In this document: in pieces, positions 43,580 through 53,389 of the stretch
Layout: each line of letters begins with the position of its first letter
Position numbering within the stretch: position 1 is the first letter of the stretch
NCBI GenBank assembly: GCA_965215885.1
Contig: CBDCEW010000103.1
Span: 128,001-192,000, forward strand
Length of the DNA: 64,000 nt
Direction: 5' to 3'
Origin: Candidatus Moanibacter sp.
GTDB taxonomy: Bacteria > Verrucomicrobiota > Verrucomicrobiia > Opitutales > UBA2987
The notes under the pieces: model-generated
The model's database searches: none
Told to the model about the DNA's origin: nothing
What the model saw: only the letters and a program-made list of their open reading frames with translations
Position numbers and translations under genes: made by a program

Positions 43580-44128
43580 TTAAATTCTTAAATTCTGCTT
43601 AAATTCTGTCTCAGTTGCGCGAGCAGCGTATTTCCCTTCGAAGTAGCCAATATCCCAATCCCACCAGTATAGGATATCCTCGGTCGTAAAGGGATGCCCG
43701 TCCGACCATTTCATACCCTTGCGGAAGAAAAAGGTCCAATCACCGTAGTCGCTACTGGGCTCCCACTTCCTGGCCACGTGGGGGACAATGGGATAACCGA
43801 TCGGGGACCACCTAGCCAGAAGATCTCCCGACATGTAGCGGACGTTATTAGCGATATCGAGATTGCTAAGATTTACCCGAAACCAGGTGCCCCCATACTG
43901 CCCAACTCCCTCCACACCTCGTTGAACAACAGGCTCAGGCCCGACACGTTCTTCCACCGGTGGAATTATGCCCTCCGCCACCAGTTCGCCAAGCAGGTCG
44001 GAAGGACGAGTCTGAATATGGCTCTTACCACTGTCTATTCGCGATCGAACTGAGGGCATTTCGAGTTGATCCAGGTCGGCGGTGCAAGCCTTGAGCACCT
44101 TCTGAAGCACATTAACGGATAAACTCAC
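43580..44128 (-). pseudogene. Truncated peptide/oligosaccharide ABC transporter substrate-binding protein fragment
   Basis: PPVEERVGPEP..GQYGGT..LRKGMKWSDGHPFTTEDI-type family-5 SBP N-terminus. It ends at the TTAAATTC repeats. Confidence 0.7.
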
Positions 44129-44870
44129 ATCTCCCCGCTGCCCACACGTCGTAGCAAAGGTCTAATCCTGCACGAGGATTGACCTGAGTTACCCCACCGG
44201 CCGACTTCACAAGGGCGAGCCCCGCGGCAATGTCCCACAAACGAATACCCTCCTCGAAATAGGCATCAAACCGGCCGGCCGCGACATAGGCCAGGCCGAG
44301 AGCGGCACTGCCGATCTGGCGGATCTTCTTAAAACGCTGCACGCGAGCTATAAAAACCTCCATCCGGTTAGAGGAAAAGTCTCGATCCGCACGCAAACCT
44401 GTAGCAAGCGCCCCGTGTGATGTATCTTCGGCCCAGACAGATTTGTGAATGATCCGGTTGATCATAAACTCCGCTCCAACAATGGCCGAAAACGTCTCCT
44501 CACGATTAAAATCGTAGATCACTCCCAATACAGGGTTCATACCCCGCATAAGACCGATACTTACACAGGTTTGCGGTATGTTCCTAAGGTAGTTGTATGT
44601 TCCATCGAGTGGGTCGACTACCCAATAGCACTCTTCTTTTTTCGTCAAAGAGGCGTCGCCGCCTTCCTCTTCGCCCACGATCGGATAGTCTGTTTCTTTC
44701 GTGAGCAGATTTCGAATCAGCTTCTCCGACTCAACATCCGCCTGCAATTTGACGTCGCAACGATCTTCAAAGTTAATCGTGCGAAATTCCTCCGATCCCT
44801 CACGCAGCCGCTCGCCGGCGGCACGCGCTACCGTTTCGGCATAATCGAGCAAGGTCCGGTATTCCTCCAT
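44112..44870 (-). CDS. suhB: Inositol monophosphatase family protein
   Basis: GEE, WVVDPLDGTYNY, GSAAL and WDIAAG. Confidence 0.88.
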   Translation of the reverse strand: MEEYRTLLDYAETVARAAGERLREGSEEFRTINFEDRCDVKLQADVESEKLIRNLLTKETDYPIVGEEEGGDASLTKKEECYWVVDPLDGTYNYLRNIPQTCVSIGLMRGMNPVLGVIYDFNREETFSAIVGAEFMINRIIHKSVWAEDTSHGALATGLRADRDFSSNRMEVFIARVQRFKKIRQIGSAALGLAYVAAGRFDAYFEEGIRLWDIAAGLALVKSAGGVTQVNPRAGLDLCYDVWAAGRCEFIR

Positions 44871-44958
44871 AGGGCATACCGATACTTAAGCCTTATGGGC
44901 TGATCGACAAGAAGGAAAATCAGAAAGGCTGCAACGGACTCTCGGCCGCCGCAACGAG

Positions 44959-45765
44959 TCACTGCGTCATCACACTGAGAACATAGGTGCGCAGTTTCTT
45001 CAACGTTTGAACATGAATCTGGCAGATTCGCGCTTCAGAAACACTGAAGACTTCAGCAATCTCAGTCAATCGGAGGCCCTCGAAGTAATACATCGCGAGG
45101 ATTTTCTTCTGCCGGTCCGGCAACTGCTTGATCTTCTTATAGACCAAATCGTAAAGTTCTCTCTTCTGGATGCTGTCGTAGCTTGGGACCTGACTGTCGT
45201 CGGCGATCGCTTCGTGAAGATCAGGCCTGGTGGAATTATCGGAAGAGAATCCGTTGTCGAGGGATACGAAACTCACAGGACGCACCTGTTTCATCATGCG
45301 GCTGAACTCGCGCGGAGTCAGATCCATCGATTTGCGAATCTCTTCATCGGCTGGTGCACGCCCCAGGCGCTGCTCCAACATCTGAACCTCCTTCTGCAGA
45401 CGCCGTGACTTCGCCCTCGCCGTCCGTGGCATCGAATCCAGTCGCCTCAACTCATCGAGTATCGCTCCACGAATTCGAAGCGTGGCATAGGCTTCGAATG
45501 TCTCTCCATGCAAGGGATTGTATTTTCGTATGGCAGCGAGAAGCCCGAATATCCCCACACTGTGTAGATCCTCCTGCTCCATGTGCGAGGGGAGGTGCTT
45601 CATTATTCTGTAAACCACCTGTTTTACCAGAGGCAAATAACGCCTGATAAGCTCAGGATCTATGACTTCCGATGTCTCGCTTCTATCGGCGGACACCTCC
45701 CTTTCGGAAGAATACGAAGTAGGTTCTTCAGTTTTGGTGGAAACGGCGTCAATCTCTTTAATCAC
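44959..45765 (-). CDS. fliA: FliA/WhiG-family sigma-28 factor (start uncertain)
   Basis: YLPLVK, RIRGAILDELRRLD and LTEIAEVFSVSEARICQIH. Confidence 0.88.
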   Translation of the reverse strand: MIKEIDAVSTKTEEPTSYSSEREVSADRSETSEVIDPELIRRYLPLVKQVVYRIMKHLPSHMEQEDLHSVGIFGLLAAIRKYNPLHGETFEAYATLRIRGAILDELRRLDSMPRTARAKSRRLQKEVQMLEQRLGRAPADEEIRKSMDLTPREFSRMMKQVRPVSFVSLDNGFSSDNSTRPDLHEAIADDSQVPSYDSIQKRELYDLVYKKIKQLPDRQKKILAMYYFEGLRLTEIAEVFSVSEARICQIHVQTLKKLRTYVLSVMTQ

Positions 45766-45896
45766 AATACTTGCGGATTTGTCAGTTAATCTCTCGAAGA
45801 GACAGCGATCCCGCCAGCAATAGTGTTGCCTATATGGAATAGGTAAGCTCCCCACCACCCCAGACAGTAGCATTCATCTCGCCTAGGACAAATCAA

Positions 45897-45913
45897 AGCA
45901 ATCGTTGTGCCAA
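45897..45913 (-). promoter_or_regulatory. Sigma-54 -24/-12 promoter of the fliA-like gene
   Basis: Minus strand TTGGCACAACGATTGCT, matching TGGCAC-N5-TTGCW. Confidence 0.82.
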
Positions 45914-46473
45914 TAAGCGCCTCGTGTCTAATATCTCATTGAATACCAACATGTACCGAAATGTAAAATAAATGTAAAACGATTCCGCCCTAAACCATCC
46001 TTCATTCGAGGAAATTTCCCGTGGCCATTGGGACGCACCGGAGACGCTGCATGAGAGGCCTCCAGAAAGGGAATAAAATCCGTATGTCACGATCTCTGAA
46101 CATGATAGGAGAAAGTATGTGCAATGCCGAGGCTCGCCCATCTTCCTAAGTCTTTAGAAAATGTGCAATGCCGAAGCAATACGGAGGGACTCGGCTCGTC
46201 AATCAAGAGGCCGAAAACGACGAAAGGGAGGCGGAAAAAAACTCCGAGTTCTCAATAGAGCTGCGTCTAACGCTGAAAATTTTTCCACATCACGGAAAAT
46301 ACTATGAAGGATTTTCCGCGTAGAGCAGGTATCGCAAATGCAAACCGCTTTGCATTGTCATCCACTCCACGCAATGACCAGGAATCCGTCGAATTCGGCC
46401 TCATAACTATCTCGTAAGTTCGGAATCCAACATGAAAGAATTACAATCCGACCCAGATGGGAGCGACAGATTC

Positions 46474-48084
46474 TTAGAGCTCCTTTTTCTGGAGAGTCGT
46501 ATTGACCGCCTCTGAACGCTTTTCGGGATAATCGAGAGTAAAGTGCAATCCCCGGCTCTCTTTCCGCATGAGAGCGCTTTCGACGATAAGTTCGGCCACC
46601 TGAACGAGATTTCGAAGCTCAAGCAGGCTCGTCTCGACTTTGAAATTCCAATAGTAGTCATGAATCTCATTGGTGAGATTCTTGATTCGCGAACGCGCTC
46701 GTTCGAGGCGCTTATTTGTCCGTACGATCGACACGTAATCCCAAAGAACCCTCCTCAATTCGTCCCAATTGTGAGTGAGCACCACCCTCTCATCGCTGTC
46801 TTCGGTATCGCCATCGATCCAATCCGGCGGTTCGATGGGTTCGGCCTTACAACTGGTCAGGTAATCGAGAACTGAAGGAGCGGCCTGATATGCAACGACG
46901 ATGGCCTCGAGCAGCGAATTGCTGGCAAGTCGGTTTGCGCCGTGGAGACCGGTGCACGCCACTTCCCCGCACGCGTAAAGACCGGGTAGGCTGGTCTCGG
47001 CGCTGATGTTGGTCTTCACTCCGCCGCAGAGATAATGAGCCGCGGGAACAACGGGAATGTAATCCCTGGCCAGATTTATCCCTTGTCGAATACAGGTTCG
47101 AAAGATATTGGGAAAGCGCCTTTCCAACATATCTTCGGGGTGACCCGTTATATCCAGCCAAAGGTGAGGCGCCCCCGACCTCTTCATCTCGCTGTCAATC
47201 GCTCTGGCCACAATATCGCGCGGGGCAAGATCGGCCAATGGATGAAAGTTCTTCATGAATGGCTTCCCCTCGGAATTTCGCAGGATAGCTCCCTCACCCC
47301 GAACAGCCTCACTGATGAGGAACCGTTCACCGGATGCGCTGAAAAGGGAAGTGGGGTGAAACTGAATGAATTCCATATTCACAATTTCGACTCCGGCGCG
47401 ATATGCCATGGCGACGCCATCACCCGTAGCAATATCCGGATTGGTGGTATATTGGTAAACCTGCCCCACTCCACCGGTAGCGAGGAGGATGACGGGCGCC
47501 GTGAAGGTAAGCACTTTCCCTGCGCGAACATCGAGCGCATAGAGGCCAAGAATTTTGTCACCCCGGTTCCGAACTGCGAATCCGGTCTTGGTAAGTTTAT
47601 TCTGTGTGATCAGGTCGATTGCGAAAAAGTGCTCCAAAGTTGTGATCCTGTTACTGCGCGCAGCCGCTCGAAGCAGAGCCGACTCGATCGCCTTCCCGGT
47701 GATGTCCTCCACGTGTAGAATTCGTCTTTCGGAGTGCCCTCCTTCCCGGCCCAGAGAATATTCTCCATCGCTAAGCCTGCTGAAATGCACCCCGGTCTCT
47801 ACGAGTTCCCGCACTCGATCTGGCGCATCACTGACAATCGCGCGCACGACATCAAGGTTACACAAACCGTCACCGGACTTCACGGTATCTTCGATGTGTC
47901 TTTCAAAATCATCCGTTTCGGCCGTTACACAGGCGATTCCTCCCTGGGCGTAGTTCGTATTCGACTCGGCCCGGTTTTTCTTTGTGATGATAGCTACGCT
48001 ACGGCCCGCCGCGGCAATCTTGAGAGCGAAACTCAGCCCGGCGATACCACTACCAACGATGATTACGTCATACTCTCTGGTCAT
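46474..48084 (-). CDS. nadB: L-aspartate oxidase
   Basis: GSGIAG, AQGGIA, EGGHS, QFHPT, SEAVRGEG and HGANRLASNSLLE. Confidence 0.96.
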   Translation of the reverse strand: MTREYDVIIVGSGIAGLSFALKIAAAGRSVAIITKKNRAESNTNYAQGGIACVTAETDDFERHIEDTVKSGDGLCNLDVVRAIVSDAPDRVRELVETGVHFSRLSDGEYSLGREGGHSERRILHVEDITGKAIESALLRAAARSNRITTLEHFFAIDLITQNKLTKTGFAVRNRGDKILGLYALDVRAGKVLTFTAPVILLATGGVGQVYQYTTNPDIATGDGVAMAYRAGVEIVNMEFIQFHPTSLFSASGERFLISEAVRGEGAILRNSEGKPFMKNFHPLADLAPRDIVARAIDSEMKRSGAPHLWLDITGHPEDMLERRFPNIFRTCIRQGINLARDYIPVVPAAHYLCGGVKTNISAETSLPGLYACGEVACTGLHGANRLASNSLLEAIVVAYQAAPSVLDYLTSCKAEPIEPPDWIDGDTEDSDERVVLTHNWDELRRVLWDYVSIVRTNKRLERARSRIKNLTNEIHDYYWNFKVETSLLELRNLVQVAELIVESALMRKESRGLHFTLDYPEKRSEAVNTTLQKKEL

Positions 48085-48154
48085 CGAATGTCCCTATTCC
48101 CTGGGAATCTGTAAGGCTTAGAGTCCAACAGACTCCTTTGAAGAAAATCAAACT

Positions 48155-49459
48155 CAGTACTGTCCGGTTATAAGTCAAACAACTCCAACTGTTTAGGAAT
48201 GCGGTGTTCATTGAAAGTGTAATCGGTTTCTGTAAGTAGTTCAGTCATAGGAGTTTTCTCAAATAGGGTGAAGCTGAGAATCTGTAGGATTTTGTGCAAA
48301 CTGATCTCCAGGCGAAGGCGTTTGCGGATGATGGCGATGAGCACATAGACGCTGACGGCAATCCAGATTTGAGTCTTCACAGCATTCTCGGAGGTGCCGA
48401 AAAAGCTCTTGATGCGCAAGTGCTGTTTGATCCATTTGAAGAACAATTCGATCTGCCAGCGTAAACGGTAAATCTGGGTGATGATTATGGCTGGGAGGGC
48501 AAACTGGTTGGTGAGAAACACGAAGCGCTCGGAACTGTCGGGGTCGAGGTAAGTGATACGCCGGAGTCTTTCGGGGTAGGCCTTGGCAGGATAGAAGCTG
48601 ACCAGGGCAACGGTCTGGTCCGAACGCAGACCGGTTGATTTGTCGACCTTTTGAGAGTAGAGGCGGCGAAACTGAAAGCCGCGGCGGGCGCGTGTGACGA
48701 AGAAAGAACCGCATTGTGCGATCCGATAGAGGCGCTCGTAATGCAGATAGGCTCGGTCCATTACATAGTAAGCACCGGCCTCGGGGATGATGAGATCCAG
48801 AATGTTTACGTCGTGAACTTTTCCATCGGTAATCTCGATAAAATAAGGGATAGAGCCTCTGAGATCGAGAAGCGTATGGACCTTCACCGCCCCCTTGTGC
48901 TTGCGGAAACGTGCCCACGGGAAGAGTGATAGACATAGATCGATCGTGGTGGAGTCCAGAGCGTAGAGCGTATTGTCCAGGTCGATGCCCAGATCCTCGT
49001 TTGAATACAAAGGACGAGCCATTGCGATGAGGACCTGTGCAAAGTCGGCGTAGATGCGCCAGTCTCGTTTCTCGTTGGCATCGGCGAGCGTGCTTTTGGA
49101 TACTCCGCTTCGAATCCCTGCGTGGTATAGTTTTGGTTGTACTGCCCGCAGGCAGGTTTCGATGTCGCGCAGACTCTCCCGGTAGGTCAACTCGGCAAAA
49201 CCCATGCAGAGAAATTGTTCGAAGCAACTGAACTTTTGAACTTTGTAGTCGCCTCCGTAGCGTTGGACGCAACGATGGAACTGATGGCGCGGAAGATAAT
49301 CTATGATTTGAGAAAAAACGAATCGACCTGTATACATGATTTGGACCCTCGAAATTTTTGAGAGTCCACAAGGCTTTTTGCAATTTCAAGTCGAAAACAG
49401 CAGAAATCGGTTATCAATCGATTAACCTGCGTTCCTAGAAAAACAACCGGACAGTAGTG
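48155..49459 (-). mobile_element. IS4-family element, copy 2 (1305 bp)
   Basis: Same TIRs as 9760-11078. 9-bp TSD AATCAAACT. Confidence 0.93.
48168..49337 (-). CDS. IS4-family transposase
   Basis: One amino-acid difference (S/I) from copy 1. Confidence 0.95.
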   Translation of the reverse strand: MYTGRFVFSQIIDYLPRHQFHRCVQRYGGDYKVQKFSCFEQFLCMGFAELTYRESLRDIETCLRAVQPKLYHAGIRSGVSKSTLADANEKRDWRIYADFAQVLIAMARPLYSNEDLGIDLDNTLYALDSTTIDLCLSLFPWARFRKHKGAVKVHTLLDLRGSIPYFIEITDGKVHDVNILDLIIPEAGAYYVMDRAYLHYERLYRIAQCGSFFVTRARRGFQFRRLYSQKVDKSTGLRSDQTVALVSFYPAKAYPERLRRITYLDPDSSERFVFLTNQFALPAIIITQIYRLRWQIELFFKWIKQHLRIKSFFGTSENAVKTQIWIAVSVYVLIAIIRKRLRLEISLHKILQILSFTLFEKTPMTELLTETDYTFNEHRIPKQLELFDL

Positions 49460-49529
49460 AATCAAACTCACAAACAACAGACCGATTCCGTCGACGTTAC
49501 CAGGTTGCTTGCCGGCAACGAAAAGCGGC

Positions 49530-50368
49530 CTAAAGCAAGATGTTATCAACCAATCTAAATTCATCGCAAACGGCTGCGGAAATCAATGTCTCGCCGGGAG
49601 TTATCGTGCGTAGGGTCTCAAGTGATTCATAGTGCACAATGGAAACATAAATCACTCGTAATCCACGGTGTTGGCCGAGGATGTGGGTAATTTCTCCGAT
49701 GACACGGTCGACGCTGCGCATTCCGCTTTCAACCATCTCACGTGCTGTCCTGAGAGCCTGATAGAGTGCCAGCGCATCTCTTCTATGGCTGCTCGTAAAT
49801 CTGTCATTGTATGCGCCTTCCGCCAGACCATCCTCGGCGCGCACAGTAGGTCCCAACAATATATTAACAGGCAAATTCAGATCACGAACGACCCTTTCGA
49901 TAACGACCGCCCCCTGCGCGTTTTTCTGTCCTAAGACGACCGTATGAGGTCTAATAATGTTAATCAGCTTTACGAATATGGTCGCCTTCCCACGATATAG
50001 AGAAGGTCTCGATATTCCGCTCAATTCGAGACTCAATGATTCCTCAACGACATAGGTCGAGTAGTGCGAAGGATACATTTCATCTTCGCTGGGGACGAAA
50101 AGATAATCAACCTCCCGCTCTTCACAAGCCGCCTGATCACTTTCCAAACGGCGGGGATATTTGGCGGCGTCTTCATTGGGACCGAATTGTGCAGGATTAA
50201 CGAAAATTGATACGATAACGACATCGGCATTCTTCTTCGCAATATCGATCAGGCTCAGATTTCCATTATGAAGGGCCCCCATTGTGGGCACGAGCCCAAC
50301 ATTTTCCCGTGCGCACGCATTTCCACGGCTACCTTCTGCATTTCACTGACAGTATCTATTGTTTGCAT
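49530..50368 (-). pseudogene. panC: Pantoate-beta-alanine ligase homologue, frameshifted and motif-degenerate
   Basis: MQTIDTVSEMQ.. from 50368 is out of frame with VPTMGALH.. (total 839 nt). SIFVNPAQF and RLVDN are retained. Confidence 0.8.
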
Positions 50369-50473
50369 TTGCCAAAGGACGAAATTCGCCTAGAAACGGA
50401 CCTCTTTGTATAGAAAGTCCGCACGATCTACAAGACTCGTGTCGTTTATCGCAGCGGACGGCCGAGAAAGACT

Positions 50474-51697
50474 ATGGCGCGGATCAACGACAACTACCTC
50501 AAACTTCAGGCATCCTATCTTTTCAAGGATATCTCGAGGCGCGTGGCCTCCTACCAGGAGCGAAACCCGGAGCGGCAAATCATCAAATTGGGAATCGGCG
50601 ATGTCACCGAACCTCTTCCTGTCGCTTGCCGCGAAGCCTTGCACGCGGCGGTTGATGAGATGGGGCAGAGGGAGACATTTCGCGGATACGATGACACCCC
50701 GGGCTACTCCTTCCTGCGCGATGAAATTGCGGCCAATGATTTTGCGGCTCGCAGTGCACCGATCTCAGCGGACGAGATCTTTCTCAGCGACGGTGCCAAG
50801 AGCGACACTGCCGATATACAGGAGATCTTCTCCACCAACTCGCGTGTTGCTATTCCGGATCCGGTCTACCCCGTTTACCTCGATACCAACGTTATGGCCG
50901 GCCGAACCGGAAAAAACGTCGACGGTCGCTACCAGGGAATCGTCTATCTGGAGTCGACCCCGGAGAACCATTATGTTCCGGATCTCCCCGAAGGCCCAGT
51001 CGATCTCATTTACCTCTGCTTTCCAAACAATCCGACGGGGGCAACGGCCACCAGGGAACAACTGAAGCGCTGGGTTGAATACGCCTCTACTCACCAGGCA
51101 ATTATCCTCTTCGATGCCGCCTACCAAGCGTATATCCGAGACGAATCGATTCCGCATTCAATATATGAAATTGAAGGCGCACGCGAGGTGGCCATTGAAT
51201 TTCACAGTTTCTCAAAAAATGCCGGATTCACCGGCGTCCGTTGCGCATTTACGGTTGTCCCAAAGGACCTCGTGGCACTCGATGCCAACGGCAACGAGCA
51301 ATCCCTCCACGTCCTCTGGAGCCGCCGCTACTCGACCAAGTTCAACGGCGTCTCCTACCCCATCCAACGTGCCGCCGCCGCCGTCCACTCGCATGAAGGT
51401 AAGGCGCAGGTCCAGACACTGACCGATTTCTACCTGGGTAATGCCAAACTCATCCGTGAAGCGATGCAGGGGCTCGGTTACACCTGTGTGGGGGGAGACA
51501 ACTCGCCCTACATCTGGATTCATATCGGAACGGACTCATGGGAGTTTTTCGATCTGCTCCTTGAAAAGGCAGCAGTCGTAACCACTCCCGGCGTCGGGTT
51601 CGGGCGGTGCGGGGAAGGCCATGTCCGCATCAGCGCATTCAACAGCCGCGAAAATGTGGAAGAGGCGCTGGAGCGGATCGCCCGCGTGCTAGGTTGA
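50474..51697 (+). CDS. dapL: LL-diaminopimelate aminotransferase
   Basis: LGIGDVT, DGAKSD, PNNPTG, DAAY and [13 protein letters not shown]. Confidence 0.95.
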   Translation: MARINDNYLKLQASYLFKDISRRVASYQERNPERQIIKLGIGDVTEPLPVACREALHAAVDEMGQRETFRGYDDTPGYSFLRDEIAANDFAARSAPISADEIFLSDGAKSDTADIQEIFSTNSRVAIPDPVYPVYLDTNVMAGRTGKNVDGRYQGIVYLESTPENHYVPDLPEGPVDLIYLCFPNNPTGATATREQLKRWVEYASTHQAIILFDAAYQAYIRDESIPHSIYEIEGAREVAIEFHSFSKNAGFTGVRCAFTVVPKDLVALDANGNEQSLHVLWSRRYSTKFNGVSYPIQRAAAAVHSHEGKAQVQTLTDFYLGNAKLIREAMQGLGYTCVGGDNSPYIWIHIGTDSWEFFDLLLEKAAVVTTPGVGFGRCGEGHVRISAFNSRENVEEALERIARVLG

Positions 51698-51704
51698 GAC
51701 TGTG

Positions 51705-51899
51705 CTAATCCCGATCTTCTGATTTCTCCTCCAGCTCGGCTGAGTAGGTGGCGCTTTCAAATTTGAGTTGCCACACCGTATAGGCGACCCAAAGTGCAAA
51801 GCAGAGTAGAAACAGCGGCATCTCCCATCCCACGAAAGGGTAAAGGGGGCCGATGTCCAACGGATTGTCGGTCCATGATGTGATTTTTCCAGTCGTCAT
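51705..51899 (-). CDS. Small single-TM protein coupled to the Amt gene
   Basis: 4-nt overlap with the amt stop. IGPLYPFVGWE followed by a TM segment. Confidence 0.7.
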   Translation of the reverse strand: MTTGKITSWTDNPLDIGPLYPFVGWEMPLFLLCFALWVAYTVWQLKFESATYSAELEEKSEDRD

Positions 51900-53299
51900 A
51901 AATCCTTACGGTCCGGCATCTCTTCAGCTTCCGCAGCGCTCAATTCAGTCCGTTGCCTGCTTTCCAATCGCATTATCCGATGGTCCATGCCCGCAAATTC
52001 GATTTCCCTCGGGATGCGCAGGATGTCGAGTTTCTTTAACAGGAAGCCCAGCAGATAACATGGCACGAAACCAAGAACAAGAAACATCACGATCGCGCCG
52101 ACCAGCTGCCCCCAGGGAGTGATGCTCGCGTATTCAGGGTTTGGCGAGGAAGGATAACCCCACAGAACAAAACCCGCGATAACGACACCGAGGATCCCCG
52201 CATAACCGTGCACGGCGACCGCCCCAACGGCATCGTCAATTTTGAATTTCCTCTCCACCCAATAATGCAACTTGTAGATGCAGCAGGCTCCAAATGCGCC
52301 GATCAGGAGCGCCTGCAACGGGTGGTAGAGATCATTGCCCGAAGAAGCTGTTATGATTCCGGCCAGTCCGCAGGAAAAGGTCCAGTAGGGATCCCCGCGT
52401 GAAACGAAATACCCGGCGATAAGGCCTCCGGCAAGAGAGAGGAGAAAATTGAAGGTGATCGCACTTAACGTTGTCGGCGTGAGATAAATAGTCGTCGCGG
52501 AGAAAAAGAATCTGCCGTCGTCGGGATCGATATCGATGATGGGAATATTGCAAGCCGCATAGAACCCCCAGAAACCTGTGTAGATCAGAAAAAGGCCGAT
52601 AATCACCAGCCAGGTATTCTGCGGCGGAAATCCCCTCGCCGTCCCATCGGCCCGAAAGCGCCCAATTCGCGGACCGAGATGGATGAGAATGGCCAGCGCC
52701 GAACCGCCGCTGATGGCGTGAATAACGCCGGAAGCGTAGGCATCGTGATACCCCAGCAGCTGCACCATCCATCCGTCCGCGGACCATCCCCAGGACGCAT
52801 CGATCACCCAGGTGACGGATCCTACCAGAACGGCGAATAACCAGAAGGCTCCTGAGCGAATTCGCTCGATGACGGCGCCCGATATGATCGAACCCGCCGT
52901 CCAAGAAAATAGAAGAAAAGCGGCCCAGAAAACGCCGTTGATTCGCGCCCAGTATATCGTATCTTCGGCCGAAAGCGCATTTGAGTGCGGCATCCCTCCC
53001 AGGTGAGTGCCCATCAGCTCGTTCCACGGAAGCGCCCAATCCGCCTGGAGGAGCCCCCCGGTTATGCCCGGTCCATTTTGAAAGGCAAAGTAGATCCACC
53101 ACCCGAAGAAATAAAACGTCACTGTTATCAACGGAATGAGCATCGCATTCTTCATCAAGGTGTGGAGCATGTTCTTTCGTCTCGAAGCTCCAACCTCGTA
53201 GAGACAGAAGCCCACGTGAATCAGAAACATCAATACGACACACACCCAGTAGTAGAACTCGGTGAAAATGACGTTCAGAGAACTCAGTTCACTAGCCAT
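51896..53299 (-). CDS. Amt-family transporter, probable methylammonium permease
   Basis: MFLIHVGF, SGAVIER, HDAYASGVIH and DDAVGAVAVHG. Located in the methylamine cluster. Confidence 0.85.
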   Translation of the reverse strand: MASELSSLNVIFTEFYYWVCVVLMFLIHVGFCLYEVGASRRKNMLHTLMKNAMLIPLITVTFYFFGWWIYFAFQNGPGITGGLLQADWALPWNELMGTHLGGMPHSNALSAEDTIYWARINGVFWAAFLLFSWTAGSIISGAVIERIRSGAFWLFAVLVGSVTWVIDASWGWSADGWMVQLLGYHDAYASGVIHAISGGSALAILIHLGPRIGRFRADGTARGFPPQNTWLVIIGLFLIYTGFWGFYAACNIPIIDIDPDDGRFFFSATTIYLTPTTLSAITFNFLLSLAGGLIAGYFVSRGDPYWTFSCGLAGIITASSGNDLYHPLQALLIGAFGACCIYKLHYWVERKFKIDDAVGAVAVHGYAGILGVVIAGFVLWGYPSSPNPEYASITPWGQLVGAIVMFLVLGFVPCYLLGFLLKKLDILRIPREIEFAGMDHRIMRLESRQRTELSAAEAEEMPDRKDL

Positions 53300-53300
53300 A

Positions 53301-53362
53301 TTTTTTTGAGTCGCTTATCCCGAAGATTTGGTGAAATCTTCGGGATAAGCGACTCAAAAAAA
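53301..53362. other. Perfect 29-bp-stem hairpin abutting the amt start codon
   Basis: TTTTTTTGAGTCGCTTATCCCGAAGATTT-GGTG-AAATCTTCGGGATAAGCGACTCAAAAAAA. Confidence 0.85.
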
Positions 53363-53389
53363 AAACAGGAATTTTGCTGCGCAAAATTC

